Below the pieces are notes generated by a model, which saw only the letters and a program-made list of their open reading frames with translations, did not search any database and had not been told where the DNA came from. A stretch of 59,935 nucleotides of DNA, filler included, from Dimargaris cristalligena (taxonomy: Eukaryota), in assembly GCA_003614675.1 (NCBI GenBank). It is 2 parts of 2 records of this genome, joined end to end, with 100 filler letters (N's around TTAATTAATTAA, not from the genome) between each part and the next. Parts side by side here need not be neighbours in the genome. Positions count along the whole stretch, not along the records: positions 1 to 29,944 come from ML002470.1; 1 more part is not named here. The stretch is one strand, 5' to 3'. Shown one piece after another: positions 1 through 12,445 of the stretch (positions within the stretch are counted from its first letter, which is position 1; each line of letters opens with the position of its first letter). A program made the position numbers and the translations under genes.

Positions 1-827
1 CTAGAAAACATCGCCTCCTCTCACGGTTTCAGCGATAACGGCTTTTTCTAGGCAATGAGTTCAATGTTGACTCCCGTTTCGGTTTAAAAGATATATATAT
101 AGTAATGATCCGGTCTTGATAAAACCGATAAAGAAATTGATAAAAATAAGCTTCCCTCAATCCTGCACTATGCAGCAGTACAGATTCATATCCATATATC
201 TCTTTATATATCATTTATGCCGTCTATTTTCTTTTATCATAAGTATACAATAGCAGAACCGGCGTAGATATAATATCCATTATTTCTACCGCACAATATT
301 TCTAGGGTATAAATACCCCTTCAAATCGCAACCTGAATAAAACATCTTGATTTTATACTTGTTTACTTAGTATAGAATTGTATCGACTTATAGTCTACAA
401 TTCTCTGCCTATTTTCGACTATTGATTATTATTTACTAGTGTCTAAGTATTTTTCGCCACTCTATAGCTATCGGGACTTTTTATTTATTTATTTCGTCGA
501 GTTTTTCCCATCGCTGCACAACACATCAGGGGCTTCCTTCTGTATAATATATTCAGTAAATTAAATTCGAAAGTAGTTTATTGATTTCTTTCTTCTTGCC
601 GTAAGACTGTCAGTCATGGATATACTCGTCAGACTTCGAACTATGCCCATGGTTTGGAATGAAGCATTTATACAGTAAATCGCTGGTATTATCGACATAG
701 TTGGTTGGGTTATGAATATGAGTCGGTTAACAGCTGAGTGGGACCTAATAACCCTTTTCAATTATTTCTTTTATAGTCCCTTCTATACGGTTATCTTGAA
801 ATCAGCTTTATGGTGAATTTTACTGGA

Positions 828-2396
828 CTATTTTAAACTACGGATTCCGGAGATGTGGGGGGGGGGGTGGCTGCTGCATAGTCGTTTAGTGGGTGGTGTT
901 TCAGGTTCAACCGCCGAGTTAGTCGAACTGGGGCCATTATCATTATGCTGCTGGCCAGTGTTTTTTGACTCAATAGCGGAAGGATCGGCTTCCTCCATTG
1001 GACCACACCCGCTGGTATTTTGCTGTTCTGCCTTGGTCTCCTCCGCCTTACTACTACCATCATTCTCATCGTTATCATAAACAATGTAGCCCGCCTGGTG
1101 TCGTCGACAGTAAGTTTTTTTGCGGTTGGCCCGGTAAATATTCTGGATCATTCGGTAGAAATACTTAAAGTAGAACAGTAAATTGTCGTACTGTCCGGCG
1201 TATGGGGTATGCCGGGAGGTGTTGGTGGATGGCGATGGCGATGTCAACGAGGTCTGTTGGTCATTTTTACCGCTGTCCACCGTCACATCCATGGCAGTTG
1301 CGGTGAGGTTAGGCGAAGCGGACGATAAGTAGGCCTCGTAGTATTCACGGTATAGAAAGTAAATGGCCTCGATGGTGGCCATGTGGGCATCGTCATCTTG
1401 TTGGAAACGCCAGAAACAGGTGGTCCGGGGCCGAATGGTGACTTTGCGGAGGGTGTTCAGTTCCGGGGAAGTGCGCGCCATGGCCCGGGCCTGTTTCCAA
1501 GTACCGTCAATGACAATCACCCGGTCAAACGATTGAGGGTCGATTTGCTCCAGAGTGTGGGCGTCCTAAGGAAATGGGGTAAGTGAAATGTGTATAACGT
1601 AACGTATACAGTGTAAAAGGATAATGTGAGTCAATGGTAGGATAGTAATCCGTGTGGATGTAAAAAGCACGTTGACATGTTTAGGCTCGCCGATTGTATA
1701 TGAAGCGAATGATTCACCATCCCCTTATTCGTGGCTATAACTTAATAATAACATATGTATAGTAAGTAACCGGAGAGTCTACATGTAAATACCCGAGTAT
1801 ACTAGGAGTTTACTTACAGGTCCAGGAAAGAGCAGTAGGCATCGGCTCGGATCATCGATTGTAATGGGATTATTCGGGTAGCTGTAGATGGTGGTATCCT
1901 CAGGGGCCAAGATTTTGGCATGGACGGCAGTTGATTTCCCGTCCTTCTCATGGTGGTGCTTCAGGCTAGGTGATTATAGCAAGATTGGTAGTCAAATGGA
2001 CTGGGTATAAGTAGTCTGACATACATTTTCAGTGGGTTCAGAAAAGGAGAATATAGCTGTTGACAGAACCATGCGTCTTTTCAATATTTGGTGATTAACT
2101 TAGCTGTAGTTCAAATAAATATCTCGGATATGTTCATCCAGTGGACGGTATCCGTGACCCCGTGGCGTTAGAGACTGCGTGTCCGTGGGGTATTGAACTT
2201 ACATGTCGAGCTTAACGGGTAACTTGACTTGGGGAATGCGAGCGCGGTCCCCCTCATTGACGAGGCACTGGCAATGGTAGCAGAAGAAGCGGACCATCTT
2301 CTTACAATTGGAACAGGCTAGACGGGCCTTGCATTGGTCGAGAATGGGGACTGGATCGGTTTGAATGTCGTCTAGCGAGTACGACGAGACCTTCAT
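828..2396 (-). CDS. DTWD1: DTW-domain tRNA-uridine aminocarboxypropyltransferase (DTWD1-like), 3 exons: 2396-2203, 1965-1818, 1565-828
   Basis: Spliced translation gives CSNC..CYHC, 'KLDILKHHHEKDGKSTAVHAKILAP', 'LLLFPGP', 'VIVIDGTWKQA', 'FWRFQ..ATIEAIY', 'YDNLLFYF'. GTAAGT donors at 2202 and 1817, TAG acceptors, and splice phases are consistent. Confidence 0.9.
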
Positions 2397-3241
2397 GGTG
2401 ACGGAGAGTTACGAAATAACGAGGGGAGAGGGAGGAAGAATACCAAGATATTTGGGAGGCTGTTATAAATTCGGGGGAACTTGAGGAACTGGAAAAAAGG
2501 GGAATTAACCGCAATGCGCCTGGCTCGGTAAAAAGGAAGCCCAGGGTAATTGGCTGCTACCACTAAATAATAAAGTAAAAGTGCAGTGACTCTAACATGA
2601 ATTAAGAGACTAGGCGCGGGGTAGCTTTAGTAAACGAGTTGGGGCAGGACAACATAGCTCAAATAACAGGTTGACCCTTAGAGTGTATTGGATAGGTAGT
2701 ACAAGAATAGGAACGAAAGGCAGTGCATCCCTCAAGTACAAACTGCTACATAACCCAGTCTCATACTTAGATAGGCTATTGTAGTGGCAGTGATAATGCT
2801 AGTGAATAAAAAATAGTACTATCCAAGTAGGACTACTACCAGAACTCGTAAAGTAGTCCAACAACCGCATTTGACTAAGTTATCCATTAAGGACAAACTA
2901 ACCCCATACACACCCTGTCCCCTCCAACTCTCCTTTTCATTCCTTTGAGAAGCAATGGTATTCAACCTCAACAAAGATAGGGATCAACCTGCCAGGCAGA
3001 CAAATGGGTGTATTTCCTTTTAATGTAGACCCAATCTTCCTTGAACTTTTCCACCTCACTCGGGTTTCCAGCTACGAGCCATCACGTTCTTTCCTTCACC
3101 TCACCCCTTCCAACTACGCATCTTTCCTACTACGTATGCTGCTTCCCAACTAGATATTTGACCTTTCTATTACGCATATTGCTATTGGCGCTACTATTTC
3201 CTTTCCTCTTGTTATTATATATTTCATTTTAGCTTGCCGAC

Positions 3242-5638
3242 ATGCCTTCGTTATTTGACGAATACACGTCCCTGCTCCTACCCGTCGTGGACCACACATG
3301 GGTCCGGATCCGCGACCAAACTGTCTGGCCTAGCCCCAGTTTCCCGGCCCAGTCCTTGGAAAGAATTTACCCCACTTTTACCGATTCGCTTCCCAGTCGC
3401 TTACGGGAACTCGCTACCGAACCCGACAGTGTCCAGGGCAAATGCTACAAACAAGCCGTGGAGAGCACTTTCCGCCTCCACCTCACCCGCCTAATCAGTA
3501 GTAGTGCCACCCCGGCGGTAACCACCGGCGACGAGGACTCCTCAGCTTTTCGACGCGGCCTAGCAGCCCTATTCGACCTGACTTTGGTGTGCGAACAACA
3601 CGGGTTTGTCGACAGTTCTTTACCCGTTTCCCTTTTGGAAGATTTCTGCCGCGACCAAACCCTCGACCGCATCATGGTTTTGTTTGCGGGATACCTGGAG
3701 CACCGCCTACCCCAGCTTAGCCACGGTATGGTGGCAACGCGGGGCAAGGGCCTGATTCTGCTCCGGGTATGCAACAATCTGCTCCGCCGTTGCTCGCAGA
3801 CCCGACACTCGGCATTCGCCGGCCGGGTTCTCCTTTATATCGCCAATGCCTTCCCACTATCGGACCGGTCGGGAGTCAATGTACGGGGCGATTTCAACTC
3901 GCTGGCTAATAGCCCCAATACGACGACGGCCTCTACGATGGGGGCCGTGGATTTAAGCGAGGCCGCGCTGGCGTCGCTACGGGGCGTGGGTAATGATGAA
4001 TCCAAGGAATCGCTGGCCAAACTCTACGCTGACCTATGGTCCCTACCGCGGCACTTCAGTGACCCCCCGCGGCTATTCAATCCCACCGAATTCTCCAGCT
4101 TCCGTGGTTCTCTCGATTCGGTGATTACCCATTTCCGCCATTACGCCCAGGAAAACGTGTCGCATACGAATCAGCACCGAAAAAAACGGGGGCGGAATAC
4201 CTACGAGGCCCCTTCATCGTCAGTCCCCATGGGAACTCGGGGTTCGCTTCCAGCCGGATCGCCCATGGCCATGTCTCCGCCCGACACTACCGGATACGCC
4301 ATTAACGGAGCCAATGGGGAGGAGGAGGACTTTAATCTGTGGAACCCTAAATACCTGTGCAGCCCTGGCCTGTTTGAACTCCAACTCTCGGACGTTCAGT
4401 TCCGGCGTCAGATTCTCCTCCAGGCTCTGATCACGCTCCGCTACCTAACTCTATTCACCGCCGCCAATAAAGCCGCCATCCAGGCCCTTCCCTCGGCCAA
4501 CAAACAGGTCCAGCTCGACTACACGCTCAGCGAGGATAATTATACCTGGGTCGAAAGCGCCCGCGGGGAAATCCAGCGCCTCTGGGACACGACCGACGAC
4601 GGGGGCCATATGTTCCGGACCACGGCCCAGGCGGTGCTTCGCCACGATATGCACTGGGTTGACTGGAAGAACCGCAATTGTCCGGCTTGGGAATTACCGT
4701 CGGTATTGCCCATCTTACTCTCGGACCTGGAAACGGAACGGGAACGGATGGTCCATCGGGCCATCGCCCCTATCCACCATACCAGACTGCTATTCGCCAT
4801 GGGCACTCCTGGGCTAACCCAACTCTGGGGGCTCACCAACAAGGTAGGGGAGAATGGAGGGTTGGCTATTACCAGTACCGATGGTGACGACGACGACCCC
4901 TTGGCTGACCTACGGTCGGAGAAGCGCCGTAAACTGGTACCCGAAATGGAAGCCTATTTCCAACACACGATGCGGGAATACCCCACCGCTGACGATATGG
5001 ACTTCATGACCGAAACTGAACTAGACTTCCACCAGGCCCGAGCCTGGCGGGCCCTGCGCCTAGCCAGTCGGTCCCACCTCCGCCAATTTCCCTTGGCCAC
5101 CCAGAATTACGTTCAAACGGTATACAAGAATATATTTGATCCCGAACCTCCGGCGCCGAAGAAGAAAAAGAAGACGCCCAGTGTGGCGATGGCCACGGAA
5201 GGCGGCGAAGGGGGGTCGGCATCGGAAACGGAGGCCGATGCCGAGGGAGAGGGCGAATCCAAAGTCGATGGCAAAATGGAAACTATGGCAGCTGAGCCCG
5301 ACACTGAAGCCCCGGAACCCAAGGACGACACCGAGGCTGATGGTGATGGTGATGGTGATGGTGTTGCTAATGCTGACGCTGATGTTGATGACAAACCTTC
5401 CACTGAAGAGACAGTGCCCCCACGAGAGGGAGAGAACGAAACTAGCGAGAATACTGTGGGGGAAAAGGTGGCCAACTTGAGGATTGCCGACACACCCGAG
5501 ACCAACTCCCCAACCGAACCGGCGAATGACCCGTCGATGCAATCAGAGGACGACGGTACCAATAACGACCACACCGACCCCGATCAGGCTAGCGCCAAAA
5601 CTGTGGAGCCTGAGGAGCCTGAGGATGGGCAGGTGTAG
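3242..5638 (+). CDS. THOC1: THO complex subunit 1 (Hpr1/THOC1), single exon, acidic low-complexity C-terminus
   Basis: 798-aa ORF with THOC1-type motifs 'GKGLILLRVCNNLLRRCS', 'FAGRVLLYIANAFPLSDRSGVNVRGDFN', 'PKYLCSPGLFELQLSDVQFRRQILLQ', 'WVDWKNRNCP', 'MGTPGLTQLW'. Confidence 0.9.
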   Translation: MPSLFDEYTSLLLPVVDHTWVRIRDQTVWPSPSFPAQSLERIYPTFTDSLPSRLRELATEPDSVQGKCYKQAVESTFRLHLTRLISSSATPAVTTGDEDSSAFRRGLAALFDLTLVCEQHGFVDSSLPVSLLEDFCRDQTLDRIMVLFAGYLEHRLPQLSHGMVATRGKGLILLRVCNNLLRRCSQTRHSAFAGRVLLYIANAFPLSDRSGVNVRGDFNSLANSPNTTTASTMGAVDLSEAALASLRGVGNDESKESLAKLYADLWSLPRHFSDPPRLFNPTEFSSFRGSLDSVITHFRHYAQENVSHTNQHRKKRGRNTYEAPSSSVPMGTRGSLPAGSPMAMSPPDTTGYAINGANGEEEDFNLWNPKYLCSPGLFELQLSDVQFRRQILLQALITLRYLTLFTAANKAAIQALPSANKQVQLDYTLSEDNYTWVESARGEIQRLWDTTDDGGHMFRTTAQAVLRHDMHWVDWKNRNCPAWELPSVLPILLSDLETERERMVHRAIAPIHHTRLLFAMGTPGLTQLWGLTNKVGENGGLAITSTDGDDDDPLADLRSEKRRKLVPEMEAYFQHTMREYPTADDMDFMTETELDFHQARAWRALRLASRSHLRQFPLATQNYVQTVYKNIFDPEPPAPKKKKKTPSVAMATEGGEGGSASETEADAEGEGESKVDGKMETMAAEPDTEAPEPKDDTEADGDGDGDGVANADADVDDKPSTEETVPPREGENETSENTVGEKVANLRIADTPETNSPTEPANDPSMQSEDDGTNNDHTDPDQASAKTVEPEEPEDGQV

Positions 5639-7295
5639 ATTATTGAGCCGATGGGTGGGAGCATCACAATACATAAAAGCGTGTTAATTACATGGTAATT
5701 GACTTTGACAGACATTAGTTTGTATTAACGTGGCTTACCCCCATCCCAGTTTTCGACTATTTTGATCTATTGTACAAATAAAGAACGGCGCTGTTTTGAC
5801 ATGGAGGGTATACATAACCGAGAATCGAACTTGGGTTATATTAGGCTAGCCTCATGCCTGTTGTCCGGGCATGCGTGAGGCTGCGCCATGTGACCAGAGC
5901 AATTTAGCAGTGGCGTGTCACGACAACACAAGGGTCGTTGCAATAGCATCCATTGGACTCTCTGTTTATGATATATTGTAATGATGAATAGGAAACCACA
6001 GGTGATTCGTCAGTAGCATCTTGCACACACGCATATGTTGCCAAATAGAATGTGTTTGCGTTTAGTTATCGCCTATTCGGAAAAACTTCCCTCCATCGGC
6101 CCATTATTATGCCACTAGCTATACGGGGAAGCGAATAGCGCAATAGAGGTTCGTTGAGTCTGCTTTTGCCTCTTGGCTGAGTATTATTCCCAGTCCGCCT
6201 CGCTGGCGAATCCGCAGTTGCCGGGTAGTAGGAATAAGGGACACGCAGTACATAACCCACAACAATGCTGGCTAGATCAAGTGGGCTGAAAAAGATTTCC
6301 CTACTGCGCTGAGGTATATATATATAATGAATGTGCGCGGAACATGGTTTAATTCGTCTATTTATCCTTCGGGATGGCAGTGGGCTAACGGGCAGCGGTC
6401 CATGGGCGAGGAGTGTGCATGGCGTGTATGCAGCTGACTGCTTCCAGAGTCGCAGCGAAGTGGTGCCTGAAGGTACCGTAGTATGTCGAAGGGGCGGCGG
6501 AACATTTCCCCTGTATTTGTTTGCGGCGGCCCCTGGAAGTCGGGGATATGGAAAACCCCAGAAGTGGGCTGTTGTCGTATATGCGTGTACACCACACCCA
6601 GGCCAGTAGTGTAGTACAGTTAGTATCCGATGGTCACGCTTGCAGTCGTATGTGTATGTGTGTGTGTGGGCCGGGTGGTCGATTTGTGTGGCTGGGTTTT
6701 AAAACACCTACCAAGGTTTTAACCCCTCGTTTCGGCATAAACCTGCTGCCGAGGCGAAACGAGACATTTCCGTCGAGGACAGAAAGGCGGCTATGAATGA
6801 GCTGGAGGGAGTAAAAGGAAGTTTCTCTACGCCTCATTCAGTCGGCGGCATAGGGATATGTATATGGGAAGACTGGGGGGGGGGAAGTTTCTGTATATGC
6901 GCATACGCGTCCCCTCCCCGTTAAAGATGCCTTTTAGTAAAGTTCGCTGGTAATTGCTAAAAATACTCTACAGCTGTATAGAGTGTGGTTTCTAAAATAT
7001 CCCAAGTGGCCCCTCGCCCTCACTTTCTCCCCTGGCCTTCTCTCCTTTTCGCTCAGCTCTTCCCCTGTTCTTTATCCTTTCACTATTCCCGTTTTACTAT
7101 CTTTTTGGGCAGTGGCTATTCTTAGTTCGGTTCTTTAAGCGAACCCTTTTGCTATACTCCAACCTTTCTCTCCTTTTACCACCACTCCCATTCGTGTACT
7201 ACATTGTTGATTCTCTCCTAACACCCCGCCCGAGCAGTCACTCCCCTTCCTCCTCCCCCCCTTTACTGGCCGTCAATCAACCCCCGTTGCCCACC

Positions 7296-10200
7296 ATGGC
7301 CCCTCCTACACCCACCACCGCCCGGCCGCACCCGGCCCAGTCGGACAGCGAAGACAGCGACAGTTTCGAGGACGCCCGGGAATTCCCCGCGGGGCTGGAA
7401 AACTCCCTTGCGGCCCAGGCTGCTGCCCGGAAAGAAAAAATACCCATCAAGGACCTGGCGGTGCTCAACTTACATGCCAATATGCCCCTTACTCCTGGTG
7501 GTGAGGGTGTAGGGACCGGCAGCGCTTCCCATAACCCCGTTATACCCCCCTCCCCGGCGCCCAGCCTGGGTAGTCTTGGTGGTCAATCGGACAGTTCGGT
7601 CGCTGACTCGTCCACGGCCAGTGTAGATAATAACTACAGTAACTCGACCTCCAAAAAGAAACACGGAAAGCATGGCCTCAAGGGGTTTTTACGTCGCCAA
7701 ATCCAATCCAGCTCTATTAGCAGCAAATCGAATACCACCGGTTCATCAGCAGCCCCTCATATCCCTCACCCGGTCCGCAGTTTCACCAGCCCTCTGTTGG
7801 GAGGCAGAGGAGGGGGGGCTACTGGCGACCGCAACAATAATCACCTACCTCCGGAAGTGAAACTGGACACTGATATCCGGGAAGTCAACCTCGCCCTGGA
7901 AATGTTCCTCAACTCGCGCTTGCAAGAAGCCGAAGACTTGGCCGGCCAGCTCAAGGCGCACAGCCTGTACGGTGCCCTCGGCTACTCCCTCATTCGCTTC
8001 CTCAAGGCCACCATGACTTTTGAGGACGACAACATTCGGGCCGCTATTGATGCCCTGAGCCTCACTTTCGATTTGGCCGGGAAGGCCCGCAAGGATTTCC
8101 GCAGCTCTTCCAGCGGTTATCCGCTCTCCGGGTCGTCGTCACCCCCGACGGGGAGTACGCCACGGTCCGGCGAGAGCGGAAATTCCGACGATATGGCCCC
8201 GAGCAGTGGCAAACGAACCCCCTCCCGGGTGGTTTCATCCACTTCCTTTGTGGCTGGTTTGGGATCCGGAGTCATGGACACCCTCGGTGGCTTTCTCGGC
8301 AAAAACAGCGGTTGGCAGGCTATGAAATCCATGAACCGCTGCCAGCTCCACGCCGAACTCATTCATGCCGAGGCCACCCTTCTGCGGGCCGTCCTCAATA
8401 TTTACAGTGAAGATGGCCTTTTGTCGTTCCTCAAGGAAGGCCTTCACGTCCGCTCCAGTTACCTTACTTACCGCGATTTCGGTAAATTCCTGGATTGGGC
8501 CGACCGCCCGGAAAATGCCGCCGTCCACGCGAAATCCATCGACCAGCATTTGGTGTCCGGAGTGGCTCTGGGACTCTCGATTTTCAATCTGATTTTATCC
8601 CTGCTGCCGAGTAAATATCTACGCATTGTGGAGATTTTTGGGTTTACGGGCGATCGGGATCGGGCCCTGGCGATGTTGGAGGTGGCCGGTGGCTGGCGGG
8701 CCCCCGATCCGCTAGCGGCAACCACAGCAGCCAATGATGGCCCATTCAAGCCAGCTCCCGATCAGGACACCCTCGCTATTCCGGACATTTACGCATGTCC
8801 GCTGGGTCTACGCCGCGTGTTTTGCGACCTTGTTATCCTCTTCTACCACACTGTCTTTGCCTCGGCGTTCCCCGTCAAGGGCGTGAATATCGGTCTATCC
8901 CAGCGTATCATGCGGTACCACCTGGAGCGGCATCCCAACAGTGTCCTATTCATGTACTTCGCCTCCCGAACCCACCAAATATTGGCCGAAATTCCCGCAG
9001 CCATCGTTGAATACGAATACACCATCACCATTCAAAAAGAATGGGTTCAACTCCAACACCTGTGCTACTGGGAGCTGGTTATTAATCATTTTGCCCTCCT
9101 GCAGTTTAATCCGCAGGCCACCCGGTATCTCACGATGCTCCTCAAGGAGTCCCGATGGTCCAAGGCGGTCTACACGTACGTACTAGCGGCCAGTTATTAC
9201 AATCAGTCATCCGTATCAAGAGACCCCTCCCAGCCAACGGCCGTGTCTCCCAAGATGATCCGCGAGACCATGCACGAAGTCTCCCAGGCCACCCAGAAAA
9301 TCGGCGGCAAGTCCATCCCCATTGAGAAATTTGTGGCCCGTAAAGCCCGTAAATTCTTTATGCAAAACCAAAAATTACTTCTACCGGCGTTTGAAATGAT
9401 GATTATATGGAGTGTCTTCAATATCATGCCCCGTCCTTACCTCTGGCTGGCGCTATCCACCATTGACGAAGCCATTGCCCAACTGGAAAGTATCGCCCCG
9501 CCGCCCGAGTCTGCCTCCGGGCGAAACGGTGGTAACGGGGAATCCACAACGGCCGACGGGGTGTACTATTACGACGACTTATGCCTGGCCTACCTGCTCC
9601 GGGGCGTGGTGTGTCGGGAGCTGGCCTGCCCTACCTCCTGGCTGCTTCTGTCGAACCACGGTATTCTAGACCAGTCGCAACGGGCGCAAACGGTGGGCCG
9701 CACGGGAAGCGGTCACCCCAGCACGAATCGGATCGACCCGCATGCCAATCTGCCCCCCATTGATCCCAACCAAGTGGACCATTTGGTCAATCATCTCAAT
9801 CCTATTTCGGACGCCCGTATCTCGGCCCGGATTGCGGAGTGCGAGCGGCGTTATGCCCCCTCCGCGTCGGCCGCGCCACCTAACGCGGGAGCCGCCCGAA
9901 CTAAGCCCACCATTGATGAAGTCTGTATCGAATCCTTTTACAAAGTGTTCCAATACGCCTACCGAGTCGAACTCGACCATTATATTTTCTACATGGCCCA
10001 CTACCAGCTTGGCCTCTATTACTTGGCCGTCAACCACTTGGCGGAAGCGACCACGGTGCTCGAAGCGGTCATTAGTGGAAGTGGGTCGCATTCGTTCCAG
10101 GTACCCACCCAAACGCCTAAACTGAGCGAGTACCTGTCCTCGCCCGCGGCGATGGCGGCCGCTCTGTCGGGAAGCTATACGGCCCCCAGTGGTGGAGGTG

Positions 10201-10538
10201 GGGGTTGTATCCCTCCTACGCACCATGCCCCAACGTGTGTGTTGAACGAAGAAGACGGTGATGCGGCGTGGGTGGGTGGGGCGTGTCAGGCCGCCGCGAT
10301 GGATTCCCCATCCTCCCCGACCCCCGCCGAACCAACCCCGGCATTGTCCGGTCCGCGCCCATTACCCCCGAACACACCCGTGTCGGACTCGGCCGCCTAC
10401 TTGGCGTCCCTGGGTCTTACCAAACGTAAGGGCAAATATTCGATGCAGAACTTAATTACCCTGAAAGCTTACAATGCCCTGCAGAAGGTTCAGGCGTTGG
10501 AAAAGAAGATGGGCCAATTGAATTCCTTCGGCGGGTGA
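7296..10538 (+). CDS. IML2: Iml2/TTC39-family TPR protein
   Basis: First ATG in good context (CCACCATGG) at 7296. Motifs 'GFTGDRDRAL', 'EWVQLQHLCYWEL', 'SRWSKAVYTY', 'GKSIPIEKFVARKARKF' are characteristic of Iml2/TTC39. Confidence 0.85.
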   Translation: MAPPTPTTARPHPAQSDSEDSDSFEDAREFPAGLENSLAAQAAARKEKIPIKDLAVLNLHANMPLTPGGEGVGTGSASHNPVIPPSPAPSLGSLGGQSDSSVADSSTASVDNNYSNSTSKKKHGKHGLKGFLRRQIQSSSISSKSNTTGSSAAPHIPHPVRSFTSPLLGGRGGGATGDRNNNHLPPEVKLDTDIREVNLALEMFLNSRLQEAEDLAGQLKAHSLYGALGYSLIRFLKATMTFEDDNIRAAIDALSLTFDLAGKARKDFRSSSSGYPLSGSSSPPTGSTPRSGESGNSDDMAPSSGKRTPSRVVSSTSFVAGLGSGVMDTLGGFLGKNSGWQAMKSMNRCQLHAELIHAEATLLRAVLNIYSEDGLLSFLKEGLHVRSSYLTYRDFGKFLDWADRPENAAVHAKSIDQHLVSGVALGLSIFNLILSLLPSKYLRIVEIFGFTGDRDRALAMLEVAGGWRAPDPLAATTAANDGPFKPAPDQDTLAIPDIYACPLGLRRVFCDLVILFYHTVFASAFPVKGVNIGLSQRIMRYHLERHPNSVLFMYFASRTHQILAEIPAAIVEYEYTITIQKEWVQLQHLCYWELVINHFALLQFNPQATRYLTMLLKESRWSKAVYTYVLAASYYNQSSVSRDPSQPTAVSPKMIRETMHEVSQATQKIGGKSIPIEKFVARKARKFFMQNQKLLLPAFEMMIIWSVFNIMPRPYLWLALSTIDEAIAQLESIAPPPESASGRNGGNGESTTADGVYYYDDLCLAYLLRGVVCRELACPTSWLLLSNHGILDQSQRAQTVGRTGSGHPSTNRIDPHANLPPIDPNQVDHLVNHLNPISDARISARIAECERRYAPSASAAPPNAGAARTKPTIDEVCIESFYKVFQYAYRVELDHYIFYMAHYQLGLYYLAVNHLAEATTVLEAVISGSGSHSFQVPTQTPKLSEYLSSPAAMAAALSGSYTAPSGGGGGCIPPTHHAPTCVLNEEDGDAAWVGGACQAAAMDSPSSPTPAEPTPALSGPRPLPPNTPVSDSAAYLASLGLTKRKGKYSMQNLITLKAYNALQKVQALEKKMGQLNSFGG

Positions 10539-11580
10539 GGAGGGGAGGGGATTGCTTTCCCTTCCCAATAATATAGACCACACCCCTTCTTTCTCACTTC
10601 CGGTTAGTAGTCCTAACCGGTCCCTTTTCTATCCACACAGGGTGCTTGTTCTTTTGGTTGGCTAGTCTTTATAGTAGTTTTGTTTATGAATGATCGGGCT
10701 TGTAAGTGTGGCTTATTTTTATATATTAAATCTCTGTTATATAATCATAGTATTATTTTTTTTGCACATTGGGTTACCTTTAAATAACTACAGCAATATA
10801 GAGGGGGTGGCATGCTTTATCAGTGATAAGATTAAGATGGGGGGTGAGATATCTCAACGTGAAACTATGAAGAACAGTAGGGGAACTTGTAAAATGGGGG
10901 AGTGCTGGTCAAGAGGAAAATAACTAGTGATGGACACGGAGGAGGGGTTGATGAACTGGGCAACAAAGACAGACATAAACTTAACAATCGATTTTTATGA
11001 AAATATAGATCACTGAATATATATATATAAGTTCCGCCCGCTATACGGTTGCCCACTCACCCTAACTACATCATCTCTTTAGAGATCCTCCCCATTTATT
11101 CCAGAGAAAATGTTACGATTATGGAGGGAAGAAAAAGCCGGTATAGTGGGCGGCTGATTTCATTAACGTACTATTTTAATGTAATGGTTTTCTATATGGA
11201 CGTATGTTCTATATTGAGTACTCTACAAATGGGACAATCCATGGTTAGGCTATATCCACCGGTATTTTCATTCTACATGCTAATGGTATGGTTATTCCAT
11301 TCGTTCCCGCGCCCTTTTAAGTAGTATTTGGTACTAGCGTCTATCTACTAGGAAGCCGAAGCGGATGTCTTTCATTGGTAGGTGGGTGGAAGAATAACAA
11401 AGGTGGGGAGGAAGAGGGGAGGAGGATGAACAGATATTTTAGTGTTGATCTATGACTCTCTGAGCGGGCATTATTGGTGGCCGAGAAGAGTCAAATTATA
11501 AATAAGTACCAAGAGATATCGGAGTACATCCGTCATATGATTATCACCCTCTTTATAGCTCCTTGGGCTAGCTATATATA

Positions 11581-11722
11581 TATGGGTGAAATTCGGCCCA
11601 GCTGTATAAGGTTTTAAATGATAAGTGCATGGGATAATATATGGGAAATTTATTTTTAACCAGTAGTATTTGCTTCATCTAGCGGATTTTTCGTTATACA
11701 GCTCGGTTGAACCTCTCCCATA
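11581..11722. mobile_element. 142-bp MITE-like element, copy 1, embedded in a (TA)n tract
   Basis: Imperfect ~29-bp terminal inverted repeats TATGGGTGAAATTCGGCCCAGCTGTATAA ... TTATACAGCTCGGTTGAACCTCTCCCATA. Non-coding; homologous to 18156-18297 and 57030-57171. Confidence 0.85.
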
Positions 11723-11746
11723 TATATATATATATATATATATATA
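11719..11746. repeat. (TA)n microsatellite
   Basis: Seen directly, abutting the right end of the MITE. Confidence 0.9.
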
Positions 11747-12437
11747 TTTCTATTAAGGTACGGCTAAGGAGAGGTAGGGGGGTATGTCCCTAGGGCCAAT
11801 GTAGCAGTTGGAATCCAATGGCCTATAAAATACCCCCAACTGCTAAACCGGATATTTTAGTATCATTTCCCCACCCTCAAATGAGTAAAGGGGCATTGGT
11901 GTGTATATATGTTGTTCACCGCACTATTACCGGATGGCTTATTGCTGGCACTTCTTTTTTAGCCTACGCAGTCAGCGATAGATAGACAACTTGCAACCGA
12001 AGGAGATGGATAAAAATCGACAGCACTCTAACGAACGTTGCCCCCATTAATCCATTTGCACTCACTCTCCCCTCCGTTTTCCTCTCGCGCCTTCTCCTAT
12101 TACTAATTCGGCTCTACGAACCGACATGGCAAAGTAATAAAAAGCCGAGAGATCTTACTCTTCGGAACCCTTTAACCAATGTATAATAATCAACGGTCGT
12201 TGTGACTTGCATACTTGGTTGGGATGTTGGCGAGAATTACGGATTGTCCTTTAGAGCGCTAGTGGGGGAGGGGGAGGGAGGGAGATCTATAGAAAAACGG
12301 GGGTAAACCGCGCAGATTTTCGGCATTCGGGATTGCCGCCGCCGTCACTGTACAGAGAGTGTATTGGGTAGTAAACAGGGGATAATATGGTTATAGCAGT
12401 AAGGGGTCTGGTGAAACCGGGCTGATATAGGGAATGC

Positions 12438-12445
12438 TATATAAA
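12438..12445 (+). promoter_or_regulatory. Candidate TATA box of paralog A
   Basis: TATATAAA about 380 nt upstream of ATG 12822, followed by a pyrimidine-rich stretch; mirrored upstream of paralog B. Confidence 0.5.

Noticed and set aside
1-800. AT-rich stretch possibly from a decayed element
   Set aside because: No recognisable transposase or reverse-transcriptase motif and no terminal repeats visible.
5815-5842. tRNA T-arm/B-box-like hairpin (minus strand CCAAGTTCGATTCTCGG)
   Set aside because: I could not build an acceptor stem, D-arm or anticodon arm around it; tRNAscan-SE would be decisive.
7149-7295. N-terminal extensions from non-ATG starts in the ORF track (also 12738, 42812, 48737)
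   Set aside because: Eukaryotic genes; the extensions translate pyrimidine-rich UTR or intron sequence, so the first in-frame ATG was used.
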